This document shows positions 19,456-29,460 of a DNA stretch of 64,000 bases, one piece after another (within the stretch, counting starts at the first letter, position 1; each line of letters starts with the position of its first letter). Origin of the DNA: Candidatus Latescibacterota bacterium (GTDB lineage Bacteria; Latescibacterota; UBA2968); contig OZ242320.1 in the NCBI GenBank assembly GCA_965208125.1, forward strand, positions 5,408,001 through 5,472,000, given 5' to 3'. The translations under genes were made by a program, and so were the position numbers. The notes beneath the pieces are model-generated. The model worked only from the letters and a program-made list of their open reading frames with translations. It was not told where the DNA came from and did no database searches.

Positions 19456-20829
19456 CTACGCCCAATTCTTCGGCCAGGCAAAATGCTCGTTAATATTTTC
19501 CACGTATTTCATCGGCTCATTGGGTTCAATATTAAACAGCGCGTCCAGCACCTCCAACCCGTGCTCGTAAGACTTTGTCTCCTTACTTTCGAGCACGCCA
19601 AATAGCATCATCGATTTATCACCCGACAAAACCGCCTCAAGCGTACGCTCCATATTGAGCCAATCAGGGTAAATGCACTCCAGCATAATTTTCTTAGGCA
19701 ACGGCGGCACGCGCAAAGGCTGAATGCCCTTCTTATTCACAATCGCAGGCACTTCCACTGCCACATCGTCGGGAATATCCGGTAAAACGCCGTGATTGGG
19801 GACATTCACCTGAAACTGACCTTCCACATTGTTCACCAGCCCATTCATAATCGGAATATGCTGCTCGTGCGTCATCTGATCGCCAAAAAGATCAACCGGC
19901 CGAATTTTCTCATCATAAGCCGCCGCCTTCATCTGCCCGTATTTTTCTGCCTTGCCCGCCAGCACTGCATCGCGTCCCGCTGGCGTGTCTTTACCGCCAT
20001 TGGGGTCGTACCAGTATTTCCGCGCATCCAGATCCGTGTGATACCACCAACCGCCTCGGCGGGGCGTATCGCCAATAGGCATCAAACCATACATCTTGTA
20101 TTGATGAATCGACGCGCGCGACATCTGCGTGGGAATCGCCTTGCCCTCTCGGGCCGACCGCTCCCAATACGCCTCGCTCTCCTCCGCAATCCACTGATCC
20201 AACTTCGGATACATATCCTCATTCTCAAAGATAAAATCCGTCATCCAAATATTGTGATTCAACCCTGGTGCCTGCCACGTCACCTCATCCGGATCCAATC
20301 CCAATGTGCGCGCCACACCCGCGTACCCGTAATGCCCGTGACACAACCCGCACACCTTGACCTCCGTCTCCCGCGTCATCAATGTAGTTCCGTCAAATAC
20401 CGGATTACCCGCCAGTAAAACCCACGCATCGGGACACAGCTTTTCCATATCTCTCGCCACATCCAGCATCAGTTGCAAATTGTAATACTCGGGCATCCCG
20501 GTCTTATCGTAAAAATACCCGAGCTTCGCCGTCATCTTGCGTCGCCGCTGCATAAAATACTCATTATGCGTCACCGTTGCCGTATTGATCACAAAATCGG
20601 CGTCCTTCAACGCGGCCTCCCGGCTCGTCGTCTTCTCAAACGTCATATCCGCGCTCAAATCCTCGGCATACCGCCGCCCGAGTTCGTAAATCACATCGAG
20701 CACTTCCTCGTTGATATCCATAAAACAAACGTGGCTGCCATTCAATTCCTTTGTCAGACACAAATCCTTCACCAACCCGAGCGAAAACACCACGCTACCC
20801 GCACCAAAAATCGTCACCTTATTTGCCAT
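19456..20829 (-). CDS. Family 4 glycoside hydrolase (alpha-glucosidase/galactosidase)
   Basis: GAGSVVF, ADFVIN, NP, GLCHG, GLNH, NVPN.G, VEVP. Confidence 0.92.
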   Translation of the reverse strand: MANKVTIFGAGSVVFSLGLVKDLCLTKELNGSHVCFMDINEEVLDVIYELGRRYAEDLSADMTFEKTTSREAALKDADFVINTATVTHNEYFMQRRRKMTAKLGYFYDKTGMPEYYNLQLMLDVARDMEKLCPDAWVLLAGNPVFDGTTLMTRETEVKVCGLCHGHYGYAGVARTLGLDPDEVTWQAPGLNHNIWMTDFIFENEDMYPKLDQWIAEESEAYWERSAREGKAIPTQMSRASIHQYKMYGLMPIGDTPRRGGWWYHTDLDARKYWYDPNGGKDTPAGRDAVLAGKAEKYGQMKAAAYDEKIRPVDLFGDQMTHEQHIPIMNGLVNNVEGQFQVNVPNHGVLPDIPDDVAVEVPAIVNKKGIQPLRVPPLPKKIMLECIYPDWLNMERTLEAVLSGDKSMMLFGVLESKETKSYEHGLEVLDALFNIEPNEPMKYVENINEHFAWPKNWA

Positions 20830-20919
20830 TACGCGCTCCCCATAAAAACGTGAAAGACAACACTCTCGAACAATTTACGACATCCTATCCTCCCCCGCCA
20901 GTGCTTTCCCCGTATATAC

Positions 20920-21708
20920 TCAACGATTCAGGCGCCTTTTCCACTCATCGCCATCAAATTGCGGGTGATACACTTCGCTGAAAAACCGACGGTGTTCTGG
21001 CGAAAGTGAATTGAGCATCTCTTCTGTAAACCCGGGTTTGTGATGGCGCACATTGATGTGATTATAAGCATAAAACAGAGCCATCCGCGGCTCGTCCTGT
21101 GTCCAAACACAAGACGTATGGCGCACAGCCTCAGAAAAAACCAGCAGAGAACCCGGCGGACAGCCATAAGTATCCCACACTCCTGAATCGGGATCGTCGA
21201 ACAAAGGTAGCTTTTTCCTGTAATTGGACTTATGGCTCCCCGGAATAAACGCCGTCCCCCCTTTGCCCTTCTCCACGCCATTTAATTCCCAAACCACCCT
21301 CGTCATCCCGGAATAAATCCGCCCATCGTGGTACTGATAGCTATAATTGGGATTCACGGACTTACCTCCGGCATGCGGCGTCCATCCCCTGTGATTATCT
21401 CCCTTAAAGCGATAAGACACAAACGCACCTTCCAGGCGGATCTTCTCGGTCTCATCGTCAATAACCGTATGCAACACCCGCATAATCGCCGGATGATCAA
21501 TTAATACCGACGCTGGACCACCTGGCAAACAACGCGCCTCGGGTGGCAGAGAATCTCTATCGGTACGCAATTTCTCACACTGTTCCACAATCGGCGCAAT
21601 CTCATCCTCGCTCAAAACAGCCGGAAAGAGAATATACCCCTTCAGGTCAAACATCACGGTCTCTTTCTCCGTCAAAGTCGGCGTCCACTCTTTAGTCGAA
21701 ATACCCAT
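20920..21708 (-). CDS. PhyH family dioxygenase
   Basis: FDLKGY, H.GG, GGTAFIPGSHK, F.E...H. Start MGISTKE at 21708. Confidence 0.8.
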   Translation of the reverse strand: MGISTKEWTPTLTEKETVMFDLKGYILFPAVLSEDEIAPIVEQCEKLRTDRDSLPPEARCLPGGPASVLIDHPAIMRVLHTVIDDETEKIRLEGAFVSYRFKGDNHRGWTPHAGGKSVNPNYSYQYHDGRIYSGMTRVVWELNGVEKGKGGTAFIPGSHKSNYRKKLPLFDDPDSGVWDTYGCPPGSLLVFSEAVRHTSCVWTQDEPRMALFYAYNHINVRHHKPGFTEEMLNSLSPEHRRFFSEVYHPQFDGDEWKRRLNR

Positions 21709-21724
21709 CGCAAAATCTCCCGTT

Positions 21725-23032
21725 TTAATTCCTCTCCACCCACCACATATCCCGATGCGCTTCAGCCAACACCTTGAGTTCTTGCGCCACATCGGGATAC
21801 TCGTCAATCACATTGGTCGTCTCGTAGGGATCGTTTTCCATATCAAAAAGCGACAACTCAATATGCGCGATCTCGTAGCGCCCAGGCTCTCCGTCATTGC
21901 CCGCTTCCACAAGCGTGCGATAATCGTGTGGCAAATGCAACTTCCACTTGCCATCTCCACTGACCACCCCATCGAAAGTTCGCCCGGTTGAAACCGGATA
22001 ATACACATGCGAATTCGTCGCATCTGGCTGGCACGTCACAATATCCCAAACATCGACGCCATCAATCGTATAATCCGGCAAATCCGCTCCCGCCAACTTT
22101 GCAAACGTCGGCAAAAAATCCACCGAACAAAATGCCTGATGCGATACCTCACCTGCGGGAATGCCATTGGGATAATGCATCACACACGCCGAACGCGTAC
22201 CCCCGTCAAAACCCGTCCCCTTTGCCTCGCGATAAGGCGTCTTCCCCGCGTGATTGCCATAAGAAATCCAGGGACCATTATCCGACGTAAAAACCACAAC
22301 CGTATCATCTGCCACGCCCGCTTTTTCAAGCGCATTCATAATCTCACCCACACACCAATCTATCTCCATCATCACATCGGCATACAAACCTTCACCCGAC
22401 TTTCCGTCGAACTTATTGCTACAAAACAGCGGCACATGCGGCATATTGTGGGGCACATACAGGAAAAACGGTTCATCGGCGTGACGCCCGATAAAATCGA
22501 CCGCATGCTCAGTGTACCAGGTCGTCAGCATCTTCTGCTGCTCTGGCGACACATCGTCAATAACAATCTCGCCATTTTTCCAGAACTGCAATCCAAACTT
22601 ATCAAAATTCCTGCTCTGAGGATGGTACTTCCACATATCGTTGGAATACATCAAACCCGACGACTCATCAAATCCCCGAGCGGGCGGGCGCGTATTCTCG
22701 TGATCGCCAATATGCCACTTGCCAAACACCCCTGTTGCATATCCCACTGGTTTAAGAACCTCTGCAATCGTGGCAAAACTCGGGTCCAAACCCCGCGCCC
22801 GGGGCGGAATCGCGCCATAAAGCTTATGCCTGCCCGGATAACACCCCGTCAACAACGAAGCTCGCGACGCCGAGCAAATCGCCTGGGGCACGTAAAACTG
22901 GTGATAACAACACCCGCCTGCAGCCAATTTCTCCACATTGGGCGTCGGATACGCCGTCTCTCCGAATGGCCGAAAATCCGCCCATCCGGAATCATCTAAA
23001 AAAATCACCACAAAATTTGGTCTTCGGTTCAA
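21725..23032 (-). CDS. Sulfatase (arylsulfatase A-like, Cys-type)
   Basis: RPNF...DD.GW.D, CSASRASLLTG, GKWH, SDNGPW, DP.E..N. Probable TTG start at 23032 after AGGAGGA. Confidence 0.92.
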   Translation of the reverse strand: MNRRPNFVVIFLDDSGWADFRPFGETAYPTPNVEKLAAGGCCYHQFYVPQAICSASRASLLTGCYPGRHKLYGAIPPRARGLDPSFATIAEVLKPVGYATGVFGKWHIGDHENTRPPARGFDESSGLMYSNDMWKYHPQSRNFDKFGLQFWKNGEIVIDDVSPEQQKMLTTWYTEHAVDFIGRHADEPFFLYVPHNMPHVPLFCSNKFDGKSGEGLYADVMMEIDWCVGEIMNALEKAGVADDTVVVFTSDNGPWISYGNHAGKTPYREAKGTGFDGGTRSACVMHYPNGIPAGEVSHQAFCSVDFLPTFAKLAGADLPDYTIDGVDVWDIVTCQPDATNSHVYYPVSTGRTFDGVVSGDGKWKLHLPHDYRTLVEAGNDGEPGRYEIAHIELSLFDMENDPYETTNVIDEYPDVAQELKVLAEAHRDMWWVERN

Positions 23033-23101
23033 GATAAAATCCTCCTTAAAAACTGTTTGCAGCATGCATTGTTCTTGACGACAACGCCCTACTACCCGAT
23101 T

Positions 23102-23131
23102 ATTATAGAACGAACCTGCTTTATCAGTCAA
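23102..23131 (-). promoter_or_regulatory. sigma70-like promoter for the sulfatase operon
   Basis: TTGACT-N18-TATAAT on the minus strand. Confidence 0.55.
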
Positions 23132-23148
23132 TCTCTATGGAGCTTTCA

Positions 23149-24051
23149 ATGGCAGCCATCTCCGAAGAAGCCACCTCTCACGTAACCGAAGACGACGTGG
23201 CTTTTTACCGCGAAAACGGATACCTCGTAATCCCCGATGCGCTCACCCCCGAAGAAGTCGAAATCCTGCGAGACGAAACCACAGCTCTGTGCCGAGGGGA
23301 GCGCGGCGACATAGGCAATTTACCAGCCATCTCGTCCGACGACACCGACGACGACGTGATCAAGCGCATCCTGTGTATCCACCACGTACACAGAATCTCG
23401 CCCACTATGTACGACGCGCTATCCCATCCCGTAATGGTTGATGGCCTCACCAGCGTCATCGGACCCAATGTCAAATGCATGCAATCCATGCTCTTCATCA
23501 AAAGCGCGGGCAAACCCGGACAAGCATGGCATCAGGACGAAATCTACATCCCCACCCGCGACCAGTCACTCACGGGTGGCTGGTTTGCTCTGGACGATGC
23601 CACGACTGAAAACGGCTGCTTATGGGTCATTCCCGGCTCGCATAAACGCGGCATATTGTGGCCCCAACACGTACAGCACGACAAGCGCTTTGACTGTGCC
23701 CATGAAACCTTCCGATTTCCCTACACAGATGACGACGCCATCCCCGTCGAAGTCAAAACAGGCGCGCTCGTCTTCTTTCACGGCTACTTACTCCACCGCT
23801 CGTTCCCCAACCGCGCCAAATCCGGCTTCCGTCGCGTACTCGTCAACCACTACATGAGCGCGGAATCCCTCCTCCCCTGGCGCAATTTGAAACCCGGCGA
23901 ACGCATGGCAACCGCAGACATGCGGGAAATCATCATGATCGCAGGCGAAGATCCCTATGCGTATAAAGGCACCAAAATAACGGGACAACCGCATGTGCGC
24001 ACGGCTGGCGATGGCGGATGCGGTGACGGCAGGCAAGACGTGCGATCCTGA
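23149..24051 (+). CDS. PhyH family dioxygenase
   Basis: FYRENGY, WHQD, W.ALDDA..ENGCL..IPGSH, LLHRS..N. Confidence 0.92.
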   Translation: MAAISEEATSHVTEDDVAFYRENGYLVIPDALTPEEVEILRDETTALCRGERGDIGNLPAISSDDTDDDVIKRILCIHHVHRISPTMYDALSHPVMVDGLTSVIGPNVKCMQSMLFIKSAGKPGQAWHQDEIYIPTRDQSLTGGWFALDDATTENGCLWVIPGSHKRGILWPQHVQHDKRFDCAHETFRFPYTDDDAIPVEVKTGALVFFHGYLLHRSFPNRAKSGFRRVLVNHYMSAESLLPWRNLKPGERMATADMREIIMIAGEDPYAYKGTKITGQPHVRTAGDGGCGDGRQDVRS

Positions 24052-24056
24052 AACTC

Positions 24057-25472
24057 TCACTGGTACTGATCGCCCGGCGCGGACAAGTACGTTTTCGCAA
24101 TCTCTGGGTCGGTCTCTGTATCCTCAATCAATTCCAAAAGCGCCCTGTGCAACCGCCTTGCTTCTTCGGAATGTTCGGCAATCACATTATTTTTCTGACC
24201 GGGATCTTCCGGCATATAAAACAACTCATCCACGCGACGCTCGGGCATATTGCGACAATCGTAGCGCTCAGTGCGAATCGGTTTGGGCCCCTTGTATTTT
24301 AAATCTTTATTGGGCCAATACACCAGTGTCCATGTACCATCGGTTATTGTCGCAGGCACAGTACCCCAGCTATCATTCAAATTGCGTCCGCTAATTGCAA
24401 AATCCCGATGCTTCACCGTCTTACCCGACAAAACATCGGCAAATGCTGTCCCCTGCACACCATCGGGCACATCCAAACCCGCCAGTTCGCAAAGCGTGGG
24501 AAACACATCCACAGGCTGCACCAGACTATCCACCTGCTTGCCCGCCATCGCCCCATCCGGATGATACACCACAAACGGGATATGAATCATCGGATCGTAA
24601 AGCTGCCCCCAATCTCCCCAGGGCTTGCCCTGCAATCCGTGGTCGCCAAAATAGTGCCCGTGATCTGCCATCAGCAAAAAAACCGTATTCTCCTTTAAAC
24701 CCAGCACATCTATCGTATCCCACAACATCCCCAACCACCGATCCGTCATCGTCACCTCAGCCGCGTACAGTGCACGCACGTGATTGAGTTCCTCATCCGT
24801 CATATAATTGCTGAACCCATAACACGGATAAATAAGCTCATCGCCTTCATAACCCGGATCGTACATATCCACATAATACTGCGGCGGATCCCACGGCTCG
24901 TGCGGATCCCATGAATCAATCCACAGAAAAAACCCATCCTTCACATAATTCCGCTCCAGCCAGTGCATCGCCTCGGTAAACACGCGAGGCCCCAGATAAT
25001 CCGATTCAAACAAACGTCCGCGCTGATTCGCCAGATAGCGCATCACCCCGGATTTTACTTTATCCTCACTGGCGGGCCATTTGATCTCCTCCAATGCATC
25101 GCTAATCCACGGCTCTCCCCCCTGCCCGCGAATCCAGGAAATTGACCCAAATCCGCGATCCAGAAAATTGCCCTGGGTCATAAACATCGGCGTATCAAAA
25201 ACCAGCCCCGTTGTGTATCCTGCGCGGCGAAAACGCTCGGCCATCGTGGGCAAATTCTGCTCCATTTTATCCCATGTATTAAACGGATGTCCCCAACGTC
25301 CCGTAAACAAATCGCGTCGGCACGGCAGAGTTGGGAACGATCCCGAATACGCCTTTGAAAACACCAGCGACTCACGCGCAATGCGATCCATATTTGGCGT
25401 CCTTGCCCGGTCGCCATAAGCACCCACATGATCTGCCCGCAACGAATCCAGCATCACACAAATAACGTTCAC
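24057..25472 (-). CDS. Sulfatase-like hydrolase with Thr at the FGly position
   Basis: DSLRADH, TLPCRRDLFTG, DPHEPW, DHG, HIP, ELF....DP....N. GTG start at 25472. Confidence 0.85.
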   Translation of the reverse strand: MNVICVMLDSLRADHVGAYGDRARTPNMDRIARESLVFSKAYSGSFPTLPCRRDLFTGRWGHPFNTWDKMEQNLPTMAERFRRAGYTTGLVFDTPMFMTQGNFLDRGFGSISWIRGQGGEPWISDALEEIKWPASEDKVKSGVMRYLANQRGRLFESDYLGPRVFTEAMHWLERNYVKDGFFLWIDSWDPHEPWDPPQYYVDMYDPGYEGDELIYPCYGFSNYMTDEELNHVRALYAAEVTMTDRWLGMLWDTIDVLGLKENTVFLLMADHGHYFGDHGLQGKPWGDWGQLYDPMIHIPFVVYHPDGAMAGKQVDSLVQPVDVFPTLCELAGLDVPDGVQGTAFADVLSGKTVKHRDFAISGRNLNDSWGTVPATITDGTWTLVYWPNKDLKYKGPKPIRTERYDCRNMPERRVDELFYMPEDPGQKNNVIAEHSEEARRLHRALLELIEDTETDPEIAKTYLSAPGDQYQ

Positions 25473-25488
25473 AGTTTCCTCCTCATCT

Positions 25489-26472
25489 TTAAAGACGCCC
25501 AACGCCTCGCAACACAGCCTCTTGAACCAGCAACTCGTGTTCATAAGATCGATCTGGCACGCGCTCACCCCGAATAGCCGGTAAAAACGCCTCCAATTCC
25601 AGATCGTACAGATCCTGCCGCGATTGCTGCGCCACATCGACAAATTGGACACCCGCTTCATATCCATCGCGCGCCTCGTCCAAACACAGGCGGATTTTCT
25701 CCGCAGGCTCCATCGGCTCCATAATCGCGCTGCCCTTTGTGCCATACACCTCAAACCGCCGCGCATTGGGCCGCGGCTCCAGTGCCGCAATATCGACAAT
25801 GGCTATCGCCCGCTCAAATTCAAAAATACCCACCCCATTATCCGTAAACCCCTCAACCTCGCGCATATCGTCGCGCAAAAACGGCGTCACGCGCTCGGGC
25901 CTTCCCAAAAGATGGACAATCTGATCGAGCTGATGCCCACACAAATCGAAAAACACCCCACCCTGATGCACTACAACCCTTTCTTTTTGCGCCTTACCCA
26001 AAAACGTGGACATATGCGCCCGAACCGCAAACACATCGCCCAAAAAGCCCGAATGCACCCACTCTGCAATCTTGCAATACCCATCGTGATACCGAAACAT
26101 GTATCCCATCTGAATCAACAAATCTCCCTCCCGTGCCCGTGCGATAATCCGCTGCCACTGATCCCAATTCTCACCAGCGGGCTTGTCGTACCACACGTGC
26201 TTCCCCGCCCGAATAATGGCCTCTGTCTGATCCAGACTCTCGACATTTGCACCCTCTGATGCAACAGCCACAATCTCATCATCGTCCAGCATCTCCGCTT
26301 CCGATTCAAACCAATAAACGCCTTCGTAACCGCCCGATTGTGCCATCTCCTCGCGGCGTCTTTCATCGGGTTCAAACACACCGACCACCTCCACCCCTGC
26401 ATTGGTTTGCATCGACCGCAATTTCCCGGCTGCGTGACCGTGTTTTGTACCGTATTGCGCCATTTTAATCAT
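25489..26472 (-). CDS. Gfo/Idh/MocA family oxidoreductase
   Basis: AGKHVWYDKP, GYMFRY, GG...DL..H..D, YGTKG. Confidence 0.88.
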   Translation of the reverse strand: MIKMAQYGTKHGHAAGKLRSMQTNAGVEVVGVFEPDERRREEMAQSGGYEGVYWFESEAEMLDDDEIVAVASEGANVESLDQTEAIIRAGKHVWYDKPAGENWDQWQRIIARAREGDLLIQMGYMFRYHDGYCKIAEWVHSGFLGDVFAVRAHMSTFLGKAQKERVVVHQGGVFFDLCGHQLDQIVHLLGRPERVTPFLRDDMREVEGFTDNGVGIFEFERAIAIVDIAALEPRPNARRFEVYGTKGSAIMEPMEPAEKIRLCLDEARDGYEAGVQFVDVAQQSRQDLYDLELEAFLPAIRGERVPDRSYEHELLVQEAVLRGVGRL

Positions 26473-26483
26473 TGCTCACCCTC

Positions 26484-27320
26484 CTAAATATCAACAAACT
26501 CGCGTTGTGCCCGTTCTTGTTCCGCCACATCCAGAATGTGTCGAATCAGCAAACTCTCCAGACGCGGAATATTCGCCTTACCACTTTCAAAAAGGTCCAT
26601 AATCGCCCCGGTAGAACGCGGAAAAATAACCGCCCGATCCACCTCCATATACCGCGTCTCTTCCGTCGTCGTCACAACAGCAGCCTGCGGCGTCCTGTGT
26701 TTTTCATTCATGTTGATCACCGCCGTTCGGTTGCCCGTAAAATCGATCAAAATCTGATTGTACTTTCCCTTACTCCGGCGCATCAGTCGTTTTACCCCCG
26801 TACCCATACAACTCACCACAATTTCTGTCGGATGAATACCATACTCGTCAAAAGACCGCCCACTCTGCCAGACAACCAGATGTTTCACTTTGCGACGGCC
26901 CACTTCCCGCACAAAATCCTGCACATTGCTATACCGCAGAGCAGACGAAGTCTGTATCGGAACGCGGTACTTATCTGCAAGCGCGAATATCTGTTGCGCC
27001 GTATCGAGATCGGGCGCAAAAGTCTTATCCACATAAGTAGCTTTGCCAAACGGAAAAATCGCCTCACACATATCCAGATGACGCTCCGGAGTCCTCGGCG
27101 CCAGAATGAGATAATAATCAACCGCATCGTTCAGAGCCTGCACATCCGGGAAATAAGGCACCCCATTTTCCTCTGCCCATGCGAGACTCGATTTCTGGCG
27201 AATACCCGTACAACCCGTCACCTCAAATCCCCGGTCCTTCAAATCATTCCTGAACGCACTCAAATACACATTTGCGTGAAAATTATTCAGATCGAGATCG
27301 TAAAAGCCCACGCGTTTCAA
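26484..27320 (-). CDS. Gfo/Idh/MocA-like oxidoreductase
   Basis: DL.NFHA, H......GK..YVDK, SSALRY, YGIH. Confidence 0.7.
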   Translation of the reverse strand: MKRVGFYDLDLNNFHANVYLSAFRNDLKDRGFEVTGCTGIRQKSSLAWAEENGVPYFPDVQALNDAVDYYLILAPRTPERHLDMCEAIFPFGKATYVDKTFAPDLDTAQQIFALADKYRVPIQTSSALRYSNVQDFVREVGRRKVKHLVVWQSGRSFDEYGIHPTEIVVSCMGTGVKRLMRRSKGKYNQILIDFTGNRTAVINMNEKHRTPQAAVVTTTEETRYMEVDRAVIFPRSTGAIMDLFESGKANIPRLESLLIRHILDVAEQERAQREFVDI

Positions 27321-27354
27321 GTAGCGACCTCCTTTCAAAATAGGGGTCAATAGA

Positions 27355-28860
27355 TTACCTCAAACCCAGCCGTTCATACTGTTCCGGGGGCGCATCACAT
27401 GCTTCCATCCCCCGAATCAACAGATCCACCATCCGTTTTTCAACCTCTGGATCCTCCAGTGGCTTTTCCTGTTTTGGATCCTGTTCCAAATCGTATAACA
27501 AGGTCCCAAAATCATGGATTCTCAATAATCTGGGACTAAACCCCTTGCTATCCACACCAGTGTGAATCTTCAGCACCTCACACCCCTTGGTAAAACTGAG
27601 CGGTTCGGAAAGCGCCATCTTGCCCACCAATTCCTCTGGGGCAAAATGAGATCGGATATGGGTTGGCATCAACGTATATTCAAACAAAGGCTGATTTTCC
27701 CGATCTGCCGATGCCCGCATATACACATACCGCCCATCCGTCACATTGCCCTGATGTCCGTGCATCCCAAAAACCGCTGCCTCCCGCACCGCCGTATCGT
27801 TATCCACCGCATCGCCAAGTGGTTTGCCAAGCATATCCACTGTCGGCTCCAAACCAAAAAAGTCCAGCAACGTCGGTCCCAGATCAATCGACGGCTGCAC
27901 CAACGCCTTCCGCCGTTCCCCTTGCTTACCGCATCGCGGATCCCAGATAAAAAACGGTGTATGGGCCACTTCCTCATAAAAAGGCATCCACATCTTTGCC
28001 CAGCAATCGTGCTCACTCAGCAAAAACCCGTGATCGGTCCACACCACCAGCAACGTATCTTCCCACATCTCCAATTCATCCATCAAATCCAGCACATCGC
28101 CCAGCTTGGCATCGCACATCGCCAGCAACGAAGCATATTCAAACCGCATATGCTCAATTTGCTCCCGCGTCTCTTTCACCGGTTCATAGCTCGGCCAATC
28201 GTGCAATGGGCCATCGTAATTTTGATAATGTTCGGCGTAGAGATCCTTAAACTTACGCTGGGAGAAAAACGGCTCGTGGGGATCAAATGTTTCAATCTGC
28301 AAAAACCAATTGTCTTCCGTATAATTCCGCCGAATAAAATCAATCCCCGCCTCAAATGTCCTGGACTGAGGCTGATCTTCTTCTCGCCGCATAAACTGTC
28401 GATTGATCAAATCCTGCCGGGACAGGTGATCCTCACCCGAATTTCGCCCATACGTATTTTCCGTAGAAGGATCTGCCACCTGCCCCTTCCACAGATCCCC
28501 TTCCTGCCCCCTGAAAAACTGCCAAGTGCTATACTGGGTGTGATACGTACACCCGCCATCTTCCCAATAATGCTGATGATCGCTCACCAGGTGGCTCGAA
28601 ATACCATGCTCCTGTAACATGCGAGGCACCGAATCGTCAAACGGCTCCAGCGGACCCCACGAACGATGCAAAAAATTGGGCCGCCCCGTATGAAAATCTC
28701 GCCTGGCTGGCATACACGGCATCGAGCACACATAAGATCTGTCAAACGTCACCGCGCGCTCTGCCAACCGTTTAAAATTTGGCGTATGCGTCCAGTCACA
28801 CCCATAGGGCGACAACAGATGTCGATTTAGTGAATCAAACATCACCACAACTGCTTTCAT
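27355..28860 (-). CDS. Sulfatase (Cys-type)
   Basis: MKAVVVMFDSLNR, CMPARRDFHTG, FDPHEPF, TDHG. ATG 28860 after AGGAGGAG. Confidence 0.92.
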   Translation of the reverse strand: MKAVVVMFDSLNRHLLSPYGCDWTHTPNFKRLAERAVTFDRSYVCSMPCMPARRDFHTGRPNFLHRSWGPLEPFDDSVPRMLQEHGISSHLVSDHQHYWEDGGCTYHTQYSTWQFFRGQEGDLWKGQVADPSTENTYGRNSGEDHLSRQDLINRQFMRREEDQPQSRTFEAGIDFIRRNYTEDNWFLQIETFDPHEPFFSQRKFKDLYAEHYQNYDGPLHDWPSYEPVKETREQIEHMRFEYASLLAMCDAKLGDVLDLMDELEMWEDTLLVVWTDHGFLLSEHDCWAKMWMPFYEEVAHTPFFIWDPRCGKQGERRKALVQPSIDLGPTLLDFFGLEPTVDMLGKPLGDAVDNDTAVREAAVFGMHGHQGNVTDGRYVYMRASADRENQPLFEYTLMPTHIRSHFAPEELVGKMALSEPLSFTKGCEVLKIHTGVDSKGFSPRLLRIHDFGTLLYDLEQDPKQEKPLEDPEVEKRMVDLLIRGMEACDAPPEQYERLGLR

Positions 28861-28876
28861 ATCTCCTCCTGTTTGA

Positions 28877-29299
28877 TCAAATCCCCACTTCCAAACGATG
28901 GGTTGTATCCACAACCGGATCATCTCCCTCAATAAATCGCGCCATAGTATTGTGTGTCGCCGGTCGAGTTTTGAAATCCGCAATCCACGGCTGCCTGAAA
29001 TAAGCCTACTTTTCACGGGGCAAATTTTCCAGCACCACTGGCGGAATATTCAACCGATGCCAGTGCGTCGCCAAATGCGAATACGCGTGCAAAACATCGA
29101 TCACCTTCGGATGATCGATCAACACACTCGCCGGTCCACCTGGCACGGCGCGATGTTCAGGAGGCAAAGATTCGGGATTGTGCTTAATCCGATCAATCTG
29201 ATCTACAATCGCCGCCACTTCACCTTTCGATAAAATCGCTGGTCGAACCATAAACCCCGTCAAATCAAATCTAAATCTCTCCTCTTCGGTCAAACCCAT
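28877..29299 (-). pseudogene. PhyH paralogue remnant (internal deletion + in-frame TAG)
   Basis: The N-terminus matches 20920-21708 (PGGPASVLIDHP) and then jumps to C-terminal-like AYSH. TAG at 29006; the frame continues to TGA at 28877. Confidence 0.8.
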
Positions 29300-29349
29300 A
29301 GCGGAATCCTCCAATATCTCTGAGCGTACACTCCCTTCCAACGCTCTTT

Positions 29350-29423
29350 AGAATATAACGCCATCCACGCTAAGTCAAACGAGATAACTCTGCCTTGACT
29401 TCCCAATTCTAAATCCCTAACAT
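29350..29423. promoter_or_regulatory. Divergent sigma70-like promoters
   Basis: Minus: TTGACT-N17-TATTCT (29378-29350). Plus: TTGACT-N17-TAACAT (29395-29423). Confidence 0.55.
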
Positions 29424-29460
29424 GCAATTGCTTTTGATCCATCATAGTGAGAGACAACAA

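Noticed and set aside
17480-19460. Direct repeats flanking the GC-rich insert
   Set aside because: Only a weak RBS/start resemblance (aaagga..tgaa.ta); not convincing.
25473-25799. Long N-terminal extensions in the ORF track (also 21709-21807, 28861-29016, 32217-32435)
   Set aside because: They overlap neighbouring genes; downstream starts have RBSs and match family N-termini.
29006-29008. Pyrrolysine/amber read-through
   Set aside because: The gene also lacks its catalytic core, other genes end in TAG, and no pyl genes are seen.
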